NCBI GenBank assembly: GCA_022827185.1
Contig: JAJDTM010000026.1
Location: 27,964-91,963, forward strand
Reading direction: 5' to 3'
DNA from: Candidatus Poribacteria bacterium
GTDB lineage: Bacteria; Poribacteria; WGA-4E; WGA-3G
Length of the DNA stretch: 64,000 nucleotides
Part shown: positions 36,940-45,554 of the stretch, one piece after another
Position numbering within the stretch: the first letter of the stretch is position 1
Layout: every line of letters starts with the position of its first letter
Notes under the pieces: generated by a model
Database searches by the model: none
The model's input: only the letters and a program-made list of their open reading frames with translations
What the model was told of the DNA's origin: nothing
Position numbers and translations under genes: made by a program

Positions 36940-39882
36940 ATGCAAGGACGCAGACTCTTATTTTTTATTTTCTTCCTCTGTTTCGGATTGCTTGTTATGG
37001 GGCTTGTCGAGTTACAAGCACAGCAACAACCAACTATGCGTGTCGCACAGACCGACGAAGAAGGTCGCGCAATCCGTTTCGACTTTAACTTTACCAGCGA
37101 AGATCTGAAAGCGGTACTTGAATGGCTTTCGCGAGAAACAGATCTAACAATTATCGCGAGTGAAGAAGATACTCGAGATAAAAGGTTCGCGCTCATTAAT
37201 CTGACGAATGTGACGATTGAAGAGGTTATCGAACAAATCAAAACTGTCCTCACACAATATGACCTCACGCTCATCCAAACCGATAGCACGCTCTTGGTTA
37301 CAACCTTCTCGCGTGCTATGCGTACAAAAGGTATTGTCAAAAGCATTACACCGGATCCGGATCTTGTTGATATGACCGATGAGATTCAAACATATATTAT
37401 TCGATTAACAAACGTTGTTGCCTCAGAACAGGTGGATCGTCTGAAACCGCTACTCAATTCACAGGCACATATTTTTGTGGATACGGCAACAAATTCACTG
37501 GTCATCACCGATGTCTCCTCCAATATACGCCGAATCGTCACAATTCTACAAGTCGCTGACGAAGGTGAAAGATTCCCATTAAAGATTCTCATTGTTCCAC
37601 TCGCTTATGCGGATGCCAACAGCTTGGCACAAGCACTCACAAATATTTTTCAGCAAGGAGAAGGGCGTGACGAAAGGCGATCTGATGGCGGAGGTGGCCG
37701 TATTAGTGCGGAAGAGGCGAAAACCGCAGCAGAGCAGATGAAGGTGGACGGCACTGGCTATGAAGTCCTTGACGGGACCATCAAAATTATCGCTGAAACC
37801 AATTCAAATTCACTTGTCCTCAAAGCCTCTGAGGCAAATTTGGTTTTCCTACAAGAAATTATCAAAGACCTGGATGTCTCATCCACCGCACAAACCCAGA
37901 TACGTACCTTCAAACTTAATTATGCCTCTGCCGAAGATGTCGCACAAACCCTACAGCAAGTACTCACCGGTGAAAGTGGAAATGACCGTCGCAGAATGGA
38001 CGCTTGGGATCGAGCAAAATTAAGAAACTGGCAACGCGAACAGGGGCTCAACCAGGAGGGGATTGTCGGAACTATTAACGTCTCGCACAATGCTCGACTC
38101 AATGTCGTTGTCGTCTCCTCAGATCCACGTAACTTTTCCATTATTGAGAAAGTTATCCAAGAGCTTGATCAAGAAATAACGCAAGAAGAAATTAAACTCT
38201 ATTTCCTCAAACATGCGGATGCTCAAACCCTTGTGCCGAGTCTACAGGACCTTTTTGAAGGCGGAAGTACCGGTCGCGACAGAAACCGTCCATGGTGGGA
38301 TCGCAGATATAGGGAACCCTCTGAAGGTGGCGGTGGATTTGGTGTACAAGGTGAGGTTCACCTTGTCGCTGATGGACGCCTCAACGCCATCCTGATTTCA
38401 ACAAGTTCACAGAATTTTGAAACGATTGATAGCCTCATCGAAAAGCTGGATGTCAACATGCCGGATCAAGAGTGGGGCACCCGCATGTATCACCTCAAGT
38501 ACGCCGATGCTACAAATGTCGCCGCTGTTATTAATAATACGTATCAAGGCAGTTCTGGGAGTAGCAGAGATTTTTTCTATTATCTACCGCGTAGTAGTCT
38601 ACGTAATCAGACCCAAGGTTCATTGGCAGGCAACGTTACTGCTGAAGCGTATCCTACGTTGAACGCTGTGATCATCTCAACGGCTACCCAACGGAACTTT
38701 GAACTCATCACACAGTTTATCAACTCTATGGATGTCCCTACACCCGAAGGGCAAAAAGAGATAACAAAAGCAATTCGGCTTGAGTATGCAGAGGCGACGC
38801 AACTTGAGCAAGTCCTTCAACAAGTTTGGGAAGGTGAAGATCAGGGGGGCTTTAGTAGTTTTAGATTCTTCGTTATGAATGCCGGCAGACAGCAGCAGCA
38901 AGATATTAACTCCTTGCGTGGTAAAGTCACTGTCTTCGCTGATGCGGATACCAACTCTCTGATTATCACGACACGCCAGCGATACCTTGGTGATGTGATG
39001 GCACTTATTAAAGAGTTAGATTTTGTGCGAGGGCAGGTCTGGATAGATATTCAGATTCTTGAAGTCACGCTTGATGAGACCACCAAACTCGGCATTGAAC
39101 TTACCGCACAAGAAAATAAACTCTTCGGCGTATCCCCAGTTCCCGGCAACCCGCTTATCGGTAGTCTTGAGGGAAAACTCGGGCTCGAGCAGGAAATCTC
39201 TGGATTTAATCTCGGTTTAGCGACCAAGGAATATATGGCACTTCTTCACGCTCTGATGCGTGAAAACAAGGTCCAAACCCTTTCAACACCGTCGCTTTTA
39301 ACAAGGGATTCCAGAACTGCCACATGGAGCAGTGGTCGTCGCATTCCATATCTCCAAAGCGTTGATACCACGAGTATTTTGGGCGAAGCCGTCTCACAAC
39401 CGCTCTTTAACTACGATTTTATTGATCCACCGGTGGGCATCAATATTGATCTCACCCCTTACATCGCTAAATCGAAAGCAGGTGAGGACGGTAAGCGCAC
39501 CATCGGCTTGGATATTAATAACATCAGTGCCAGCAATTTCATTGAGTTTACTGACTTCAATGCACCTATTACCGATGACAACTCGATCAGCGTCTATATT
39601 GATGTGGAGGACGGACAACGGATTGTTGTCGGTGGTATCATCCGTAAGAAACAGAAACAGGTAGAGAATAAACTCCCAATCTTAGGCGACATTCCGTTGC
39701 TTGGTAGGCTCTTCAAAAGCACCGAAACCGCTGTTGAAGATACTGAGATTGTGATCATTATTACGCCGCACATCGTCGATATTAAAAATCCTGACGACCT
39801 TGAGAAACTTAAGGAAAAGGCTGATAATTGGCAGAGCAACGGGAGCACCGAAATGGAGAAGGAAACGGAAACAGGAAAATAA
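36940..39882 (+). CDS. gspD: Secretin with an expanded N-domain array
   Basis: QVWIDIQILEV, LSTPSLLT, VGINIDLTP, DGQRIVVGGI, KLPILGDIPLLGRLFKS, IIITPHIV; six Secretin_N-like repeats. Confidence 0.93.
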   Translation: MQGRRLLFFIFFLCFGLLVMGLVELQAQQQPTMRVAQTDEEGRAIRFDFNFTSEDLKAVLEWLSRETDLTIIASEEDTRDKRFALINLTNVTIEEVIEQIKTVLTQYDLTLIQTDSTLLVTTFSRAMRTKGIVKSITPDPDLVDMTDEIQTYIIRLTNVVASEQVDRLKPLLNSQAHIFVDTATNSLVITDVSSNIRRIVTILQVADEGERFPLKILIVPLAYADANSLAQALTNIFQQGEGRDERRSDGGGGRISAEEAKTAAEQMKVDGTGYEVLDGTIKIIAETNSNSLVLKASEANLVFLQEIIKDLDVSSTAQTQIRTFKLNYASAEDVAQTLQQVLTGESGNDRRRMDAWDRAKLRNWQREQGLNQEGIVGTINVSHNARLNVVVVSSDPRNFSIIEKVIQELDQEITQEEIKLYFLKHADAQTLVPSLQDLFEGGSTGRDRNRPWWDRRYREPSEGGGGFGVQGEVHLVADGRLNAILISTSSQNFETIDSLIEKLDVNMPDQEWGTRMYHLKYADATNVAAVINNTYQGSSGSSRDFFYYLPRSSLRNQTQGSLAGNVTAEAYPTLNAVIISTATQRNFELITQFINSMDVPTPEGQKEITKAIRLEYAEATQLEQVLQQVWEGEDQGGFSSFRFFVMNAGRQQQQDINSLRGKVTVFADADTNSLIITTRQRYLGDVMALIKELDFVRGQVWIDIQILEVTLDETTKLGIELTAQENKLFGVSPVPGNPLIGSLEGKLGLEQEISGFNLGLATKEYMALLHALMRENKVQTLSTPSLLTRDSRTATWSSGRRIPYLQSVDTTSILGEAVSQPLFNYDFIDPPVGINIDLTPYIAKSKAGEDGKRTIGLDINNISASNFIEFTDFNAPITDDNSISVYIDVEDGQRIVVGGIIRKKQKQVENKLPILGDIPLLGRLFKSTETAVEDTEIVIIITPHIVDIKNPDDLEKLKEKADNWQSNGSTEMEKETETGK

Positions 39883-39889
39883 CGCATAC

Positions 39890-39940
39890 TTGCCCCGCAC
39901 AAAGCCCTAATTGAATTTTATGGGCTTTGTACGCGGGCAA
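39890..39940 (+). terminator. Long hairpin at the end of the T2SS operon
   Basis: ttgccccgcacaaagccc...gggctttgtacgcgggcaa imperfect stem; no U-tract. Confidence 0.5.
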
Positions 39941-40060
39941 CGCCTCTCTAACTTTTCAGGATTCTATTGCTCAGGTCCTACCTACCATCTATTTGGCTGC
40001 TAAATCTCTTAATTTTCTCCATCCTGTTACAGACATTCCCATTTTTTTTCTAAAAAAGTC

Positions 40061-40089
40061 TTGACAAATTTTTAATAAATAGATACGAT
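40061..40089 (+). promoter_or_regulatory. sigma70 promoter
   Basis: TTGACA-N17-TACGAT. Confidence 0.65.
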
Positions 40090-40124
40090 GCAAACAGACT
40101 CTCATTTAAACAGAGGTGGCTGCT

Positions 40125-40853
40125 ATGCGAACAATCGTTATTCTCGGTGTTCTGATTATATCAGCACTGCTGTTATGTCAGATGAGTTATGCCGAACTTC
40201 TTGTAGCGGATGACTTTAAAGGCAAACTCAAAGATAAGTACTGGAAAGGGCAGAAAGAATCTTGGGATATCAAAAACGAACATTTGGAAATCCACCGCGT
40301 CGCTGGTGATGGGAATGGAGCGGTTGATTTTGGGTATGGCGTGGTAGAATTTGAAGATTTTGGGCTTCGTCTGGATTTCTACCTTTTTGCGGATCCGCAG
40401 CCGAGTAAGATGGAACTCCTGTTCCGGGCAAACGAAGATCTACATTTCTATCAGTTGATTATTACACCCGCTGATGGTTTTGGTCGCCCTAATTCTGCAC
40501 GTTGGTACAAACGACAAGGTGAAGATCGGGGGACGTGGAATGAGTACATTGACTTCAGAGACGAATTTCCGATCCAGATTAATACAAAAGAGTGGTACAC
40601 CCTTGCTTTGCTCGGTGATGGTAGTACTTTTAATCTCTACATCAAGAAGCAAGGCGAACTCTCCTTTGAAAAGGTTTCAGATTTGAGCGATGTCAAGAAT
40701 CTGCATCCAAAGGGGGTCCTCGGTTTTCATACCAATCAGCTCCAACACTACTATATTGATAACCTTTTCCTTTACGACAATCCGCGTGAGGTGAGCCTTG
40801 CTGTTGAACCTCAAGGTAAACTTGCTGTAACGTGGGCGGCACTTAAACAGTAG
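40125..40853 (+). CDS. Secreted jelly-roll (DUF1080/LamG-like) protein with C-terminal TW motif
   Basis: Signal peptide (SYA); DDF, ELLFR, EWYTL, KGVLGF, YYIDNL; ends AVEPQGKLAVTWAALKQ. Confidence 0.7.
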   Translation: MRTIVILGVLIISALLLCQMSYAELLVADDFKGKLKDKYWKGQKESWDIKNEHLEIHRVAGDGNGAVDFGYGVVEFEDFGLRLDFYLFADPQPSKMELLFRANEDLHFYQLIITPADGFGRPNSARWYKRQGEDRGTWNEYIDFRDEFPIQINTKEWYTLALLGDGSTFNLYIKKQGELSFEKVSDLSDVKNLHPKGVLGFHTNQLQHYYIDNLFLYDNPREVSLAVEPQGKLAVTWAALKQ

Positions 40854-41066
40854 TCGTTCTAAATGTTAGGCAAAGTATATTTGTGAATCACCGTGCGGCA
40901 GAGGTGACTTTTAATCTTTGCTAATCTTTGCGATTTTCAAAAAAAATATTGACTTCAATTTGCCTTTTAAGGTATATTTGTGTTAAATGTGTTGGAATGG
41001 TATTTTAACGTGCCATCCAGAAATAACTAACGTATTGATGGTAACTAAAAAGGAGAATTGCACATC

Positions 41067-41936
41067 ATGAGAAAAACTTATTTTGTTATAGCCATCTTGG
41101 CACTTTTCAGTTTTGTGACGATGGTTTCAGCCAACGATTTGGCTTTTTATTCAGGTCCCACCAACCCTGGCTGGATTTCCGATAAGGCTGTCCAAGAGAA
41201 CGTCAAGGTCATTAAAGATGATGCGGGTATCAAAAGTCTGTTTGAGAACATTGAAGATTTTGGCGATGGCGACGAAGTCGGTGACAATTCGCCACTCGCT
41301 AAGTGGACCAAGGAACATACCGGTAACGGGCAACAAGATGTTATTATTTTGGCTTGTGGAACGTGTCCAAGCGGACTTTACGAGTTCCCGAATAAAGACC
41401 CGGACGGTTCCAATGTTGAGAACTTCGTTGAAGCCGGTAATATCGTCATTAACGTTGCGGACTGGATTTTCTATATGAGTTACGAGGGCGGTGTCCGAAG
41501 CCCGAATAACGGTCCTACGGGGGCTGCCAATGTCTTTGATATTGACGGACTCAGTTTCGGGGCTCGGGTAGGTGCTATGAAACCGACGGACATCGGCAAA
41601 AGAATCATTCCGTCAATGAAGGCTTTCAACTCTGATCGTCCGTGGCACGTAGAGCAATTTGATGGTTCTGATTGGGACCTCGTCATTTTCGCAGAGGCTG
41701 ACAAAAATAACGCCGATCCAGCCGTCGCTATTAGCAAGTCACCGGGTGACGATGGAACGGGTATGATCGCCGCTATGTGGCAGTCCGCCAGACCCGCATG
41801 GCCCGAAAAGCCTGACATTCGTGGTATCGGTGTTGTTGAATTCATCAACAACTGGCTCGCAGACGAAGCCGAATTCAATGTTGAAGCCAAGAACAAGTTA
41901 GCGACAACTTGGGGGACAATCAAGCAGACTCGCTAA
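41067..41936 (+). CDS. Secreted hypothetical protein with C-terminal TW motif
   Basis: AAGGAG RBS; signal peptide (VSA); ends NVEAKNKLATTWGTIKQTR; own promoter TTGACT-N18-TATATT at 40949-40978. Confidence 0.75.
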   Translation: MRKTYFVIAILALFSFVTMVSANDLAFYSGPTNPGWISDKAVQENVKVIKDDAGIKSLFENIEDFGDGDEVGDNSPLAKWTKEHTGNGQQDVIILACGTCPSGLYEFPNKDPDGSNVENFVEAGNIVINVADWIFYMSYEGGVRSPNNGPTGAANVFDIDGLSFGARVGAMKPTDIGKRIIPSMKAFNSDRPWHVEQFDGSDWDLVIFAEADKNNADPAVAISKSPGDDGTGMIAAMWQSARPAWPEKPDIRGIGVVEFINNWLADEAEFNVEAKNKLATTWGTIKQTR

Positions 41937-41989
41937 TTGCACAAGTTTTATCGTCGAAATAGCAATCAGTTATCTCGGCATCTTCATAT

Positions 41990-42040
41990 AGGGAATTTTC
42001 TGTTGCTGTTTGAGGCAGCGCAGGAAGTTCCCTTTTTTAT
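41990..42040. terminator. Intrinsic terminator between convergent genes
   Basis: agggaattttctgttgc...gcagcgcaggaagttccct followed by a T-run. Confidence 0.65.
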
Positions 42041-42044
42041 TTCG

Positions 42045-42734
42045 TTATCGGATATGTCGATAGAGTTTGGCAAGTTGTTCTGGTGAGAATTTCAAGAAAT
42101 AGAGAAGTGTTATCAACCAGTTGTTTGCTGTCGTTCGGATAATGCCCTTCGTCTCCCAGCGCCGTGCAGAGATATGAATGTGAGGAGTAACCAGTGTCGT
42201 TTTGCCGAGTTGGCGTAACGCTTTTGAAAATTCCATTTCCTCCAGAATCGGCATCTCAGGAAAGCCTCCGATCTGCTCGAAAGCTGCGCGCGATAGAAAG
42301 ATACCGCTATCTCCATAAAACACCTTCAGATATTTCCCGCGAATGTTCCCTGCGATCTCGATGGCTCGGTAGAGCATATTTTTTCCGTCAATTTTCTGTC
42401 GAAACCCACCGCCAACGTATCCTGAAGAGAGTGCCGTTTCTACCGCCGCCAATGCGCCCAGTTCAAGCCAAATGTCGGCGTGTAAGAAGATAAGGATATT
42501 GCCTGATGCAGCCGCTGCCCCGGCATTTAACTGCTTAGAGCGTCCGCGTTCTGATATAAGCACCTTCCCATACTTCTCCGCAATGCAAGTGGAACCATCG
42601 GTACTGCCACCGTCTACAATGATAAGTTCGTGGTGTCCAAGTTCGGAATGAAGTCGGGAAAGTGTCTGCTCCAGAATCTTTGCTTCGTTCAGCACCGGGA
42701 TAATAATTGATACTTTATCCAACGTTGGCATCAT
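42045..42734 (-). CDS. GT2 glycosyltransferase (TIGR04283-like)
   Basis: SIIIPVLNEA, VDGGSTD, GRSKQLNAGA, FLHAD, FYGDSGIF, GGFPEMPILEE, SARRW. Confidence 0.85.
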   Translation of the reverse strand: MMPTLDKVSIIIPVLNEAKILEQTLSRLHSELGHHELIIVDGGSTDGSTCIAEKYGKVLISERGRSKQLNAGAAAASGNILIFLHADIWLELGALAAVETALSSGYVGGGFRQKIDGKNMLYRAIEIAGNIRGKYLKVFYGDSGIFLSRAAFEQIGGFPEMPILEEMEFSKALRQLGKTTLVTPHIHISARRWETKGIIRTTANNWLITLLYFLKFSPEQLAKLYRHIR

Positions 42735-44478
42735 GAACTTGAGAGAGTATTTGCGATAACTGATTCAGGGCAAGTATCGGAAACACAGATGCATAAATCG
42801 GATCTGCATATCCGCCGATGATTTCCCAGTATATACCGACACACGCTGCTTGCCATGAACCGTCTTCTCGCTGATGTTTGAGTAGGAACTTTATACCGTT
42901 TTGAGCCGCTCGGTTTTCAGGGTTTGCCAGTAGAAGGGCATAAGTACTCCATGCTGTCTGTTCCACTGTGCTTTCAGTCGGATTTCCGAACATATCTTCG
43001 CCCCAACCACCGTCTGTATTTTGGCTGCGTTCTAACCATGCGATGCCGCGATGGACTTCTGTTGTGTCTGCTAAACCTGCTTTCACCAGTGCAGCAATAG
43101 CACAAGCGGTGCCGTACGTATCTTTTGCCAACCAGAGGTCTCGCCAGTAACCCTCACGCTGAATTTGACGGCGAAGCCAATTGAGACCGCGTTGTATTTC
43201 GTTTTGGACATTCGGTTTATCAATAACATCACTTTTACCAAGCGCGAGTAGGGCTTCAATTGCATGTGCGGTGATACTGACGCATCCGACATCTCCTTGT
43301 CCGGGTTGATATGTGCTCCAGCTTCCATCGCGTACTTGTTGTGTCTTTAACCATGTAATCCCGCGAAGGATCGCTGCATCTAAAGTCGGTGGGTTAGCGG
43401 AGGTATCCGGACGGCGTGAACGTATGAGTGCGAGGGTGCCGAGTGCTGTATCGTCCGCGTCGCTTGGAAGGGTGCTATCGCCTAATCCTGAAAATGCCCA
43501 ACCACCATCCGCGTTTTGATGTTCGACGAGCCATTGGGCTGCACGTTTCACCTTATCCGTGAGTTCATCGTTGGGCGGCGCGGTTTTCTCGTCTACGGAA
43601 TATACTTCTGTCAGGGCAATGATGCTCAACGCAGTATCCCAGACATTGAGGTTTAATGCCTCTCGGCATCCGCCATCAGAATTGCGAGTCTTCTGGAGCC
43701 AGGCAATGCTGCCTTCAATGAGTCTACTGATCTCGTCGTTCGCTTCCCACTTTTCTTGGAGTTCAATGAGTGCCAAGACCGAAAGCGCAGTGATATAGTT
43801 CACCCGAAACCAACTGCCATCGCTGAGAACATGTGCTTTCAACCACGCAAATAGTGCCGCGATCATTTCAGGACGTTTTGCGGTGTTCAATTCAATCATA
43901 ATGAAAACAGGGACAAGTGTATGTTGTTCGGCAATGAACAGCGCGTCAAACATAGATGTATTGAACAGCGCGACGGGCGGTAAACGGTGTCTCGGCGGTT
44001 TCAATCGACTGCCAAGTAGCGGTATCTTTGTCAATTGCCTCGCGAGTTTCATGAGTGGCAAGGCGTTTTCTGACAAGGTCAACTCGTTCCAGTCAAATTG
44101 GTTAAAAGCCGCGTAAGCCAATTTGACTAAGGCAAGATCGGGGGCTGATTTTGGAATAGATGCCAGTAGTTTTTGGAGGGATAGGTGTGGTGTTCGTTGG
44201 TGAACTTGATCCAGAATTAGATGGACAAATCGGGTCGCTTCTGCGTTTGATATGTTCGCAGTGTCTAATCCCCAGCCACCCTCTTCGTTCTGGTTTTCAA
44301 TAAACCACTCGGTGAGTGTAGGTTCTGGAGTTTCGCCGCGTGCGAGTTGGATCCAGGCGTATGCACAACTCGGGAATGTACTTGAGGAGAGTTGTCCCTC
44401 AAAATTTCCGTCTTTGTGTTGTTGCGTAAGCAGAAACGCAGTACTGCGCGTTAATGCAGATGAAACTTCTTCTTTCAT
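42715..44478 (-). CDS. Squalene-hopene-cyclase-like class II terpene cyclase (divergent)
   Basis: DxDD motif (SDADDTA), NVWDTA, GGWAF, about 8 QW repeats (QNEEGGW, QNADGGW, QNTDGGWGED, QREDGSW), YASVFPILAL. Confidence 0.85.
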   Translation of the reverse strand: MKEEVSSALTRSTAFLLTQQHKDGNFEGQLSSSTFPSCAYAWIQLARGETPEPTLTEWFIENQNEEGGWGLDTANISNAEATRFVHLILDQVHQRTPHLSLQKLLASIPKSAPDLALVKLAYAAFNQFDWNELTLSENALPLMKLARQLTKIPLLGSRLKPPRHRLPPVALFNTSMFDALFIAEQHTLVPVFIMIELNTAKRPEMIAALFAWLKAHVLSDGSWFRVNYITALSVLALIELQEKWEANDEISRLIEGSIAWLQKTRNSDGGCREALNLNVWDTALSIIALTEVYSVDEKTAPPNDELTDKVKRAAQWLVEHQNADGGWAFSGLGDSTLPSDADDTALGTLALIRSRRPDTSANPPTLDAAILRGITWLKTQQVRDGSWSTYQPGQGDVGCVSITAHAIEALLALGKSDVIDKPNVQNEIQRGLNWLRRQIQREGYWRDLWLAKDTYGTACAIAALVKAGLADTTEVHRGIAWLERSQNTDGGWGEDMFGNPTESTVEQTAWSTYALLLANPENRAAQNGIKFLLKHQREDGSWQAACVGIYWEIIGGYADPIYASVFPILALNQLSQILSQVHDANVG

Positions 44479-44526
44479 AGTACTTTGGAAATCTATGAGC
44501 TGCCCAAAAGCAGTCTGTTGGTTACT

Positions 44527-45315
44527 TTACTTATTCGTTTTAAGGTAACCCCATAGGGTTGGCAACGTGAATTCGGAATATTCAACTGCTTGTGGCGCGT
44601 CCAAATTTGGGCTCAGTACATCAGCCTCTCTGGCAATATTACTGATTCGGACTTCGTCGATTAATCCTTTCCACTTAAACTGGCGAGTGTTCTTGCTGCC
44701 GATGATGACATCAAATCCTGCTGCACCTGCGAGTTTACCGCCATGGTTCGTTGAACCGACCTCTTTTCCGTCAATATAGAGTTTGACCTGATTGGAATCG
44801 TAGGTGCCAGCGACGTGCTGCCACTGCTCTAATTCTAACGCGTCTGTCGCGCCAGCGAACGCAGTTCCTTTTTCCGTGTTAAGGTGAAATTTAGCGATGC
44901 CGTTCTGAACACCTAAATGGTAGGCACCCGGTGGTCCATCCCAGTTCGTGAAGATGAGTCGCCATCCAGTCAAATCTTCGGGATAGACCCAGGCTTCGAT
45001 TGTAATTTCGAGTTTCGGTATAAGAATATCTGCTTCGCCGAGCGAGATCACCGTATTTCCGTCAAAGACAAACGATTTACCGGGTTTATTCTCTTTATTC
45101 CATGTTTGATTCGCGTCCCACGCCGCTTTTCCTTCCACCTCACCTTTGACTTTGTTATCGGAGGTATCTACGATATTACCCCCGTCAAAATGCCACAAAC
45201 CGAGGGTTGATTCATCGGGTAGATACTCAAATCCACCAGCAGCGAAACTGATAATTGCTGGAAGGATGAGAAACACGTATAATAAAAACGTATATTGCCA
45301 TTTTATCAGATCCAT
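44527..45315 (-). CDS. Secreted LamG-domain protein with a variant C-terminal motif
   Basis: TLGLWHFD, ITIEAWVYP, WQHVAGTYD, LYIDG, GLIDEVRISNIAR; ends AVEYSEFTLPTLWGYLKTNK. Confidence 0.88.
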   Translation of the reverse strand: MDLIKWQYTFLLYVFLILPAIISFAAGGFEYLPDESTLGLWHFDGGNIVDTSDNKVKGEVEGKAAWDANQTWNKENKPGKSFVFDGNTVISLGEADILIPKLEITIEAWVYPEDLTGWRLIFTNWDGPPGAYHLGVQNGIAKFHLNTEKGTAFAGATDALELEQWQHVAGTYDSNQVKLYIDGKEVGSTNHGGKLAGAAGFDVIIGSKNTRQFKWKGLIDEVRISNIAREADVLSPNLDAPQAVEYSEFTLPTLWGYLKTNK

Positions 45316-45482
45316 GTTTTACTCCTTCTGTATGACTCAATTTTGATGAATAGTTTAGCACACAAGAACCGCCGAAGTCAATGTTTTTAGTCGAGAATTC
45401 GTAAAGGGTCTCCGTCGCTCTACATTTAGTAACTACGCCTTTCACGAACTAAATGTTCTAAAGATTGTCCGATCTTACATAA

Positions 45483-45511
45483 TTGACTGCAACTCCAAAA
45501 TGTGCTATAAT
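45483..45511 (+). promoter_or_regulatory. sigma70 promoter
   Basis: TTGACT-N17-TATAAT with extended TG. Confidence 0.7.
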
Positions 45512-45554
45512 AACCATATAGAAGTGGATATATCATACTTTGAGGTGCATCTGA

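Noticed and set aside
26089-39882. Type IV pilus or competence locus interpretation
   Set aside because: The major pilin has GspG-specific motifs; no PilT, ComEC or PilQ-type AMIN domains are in the window.
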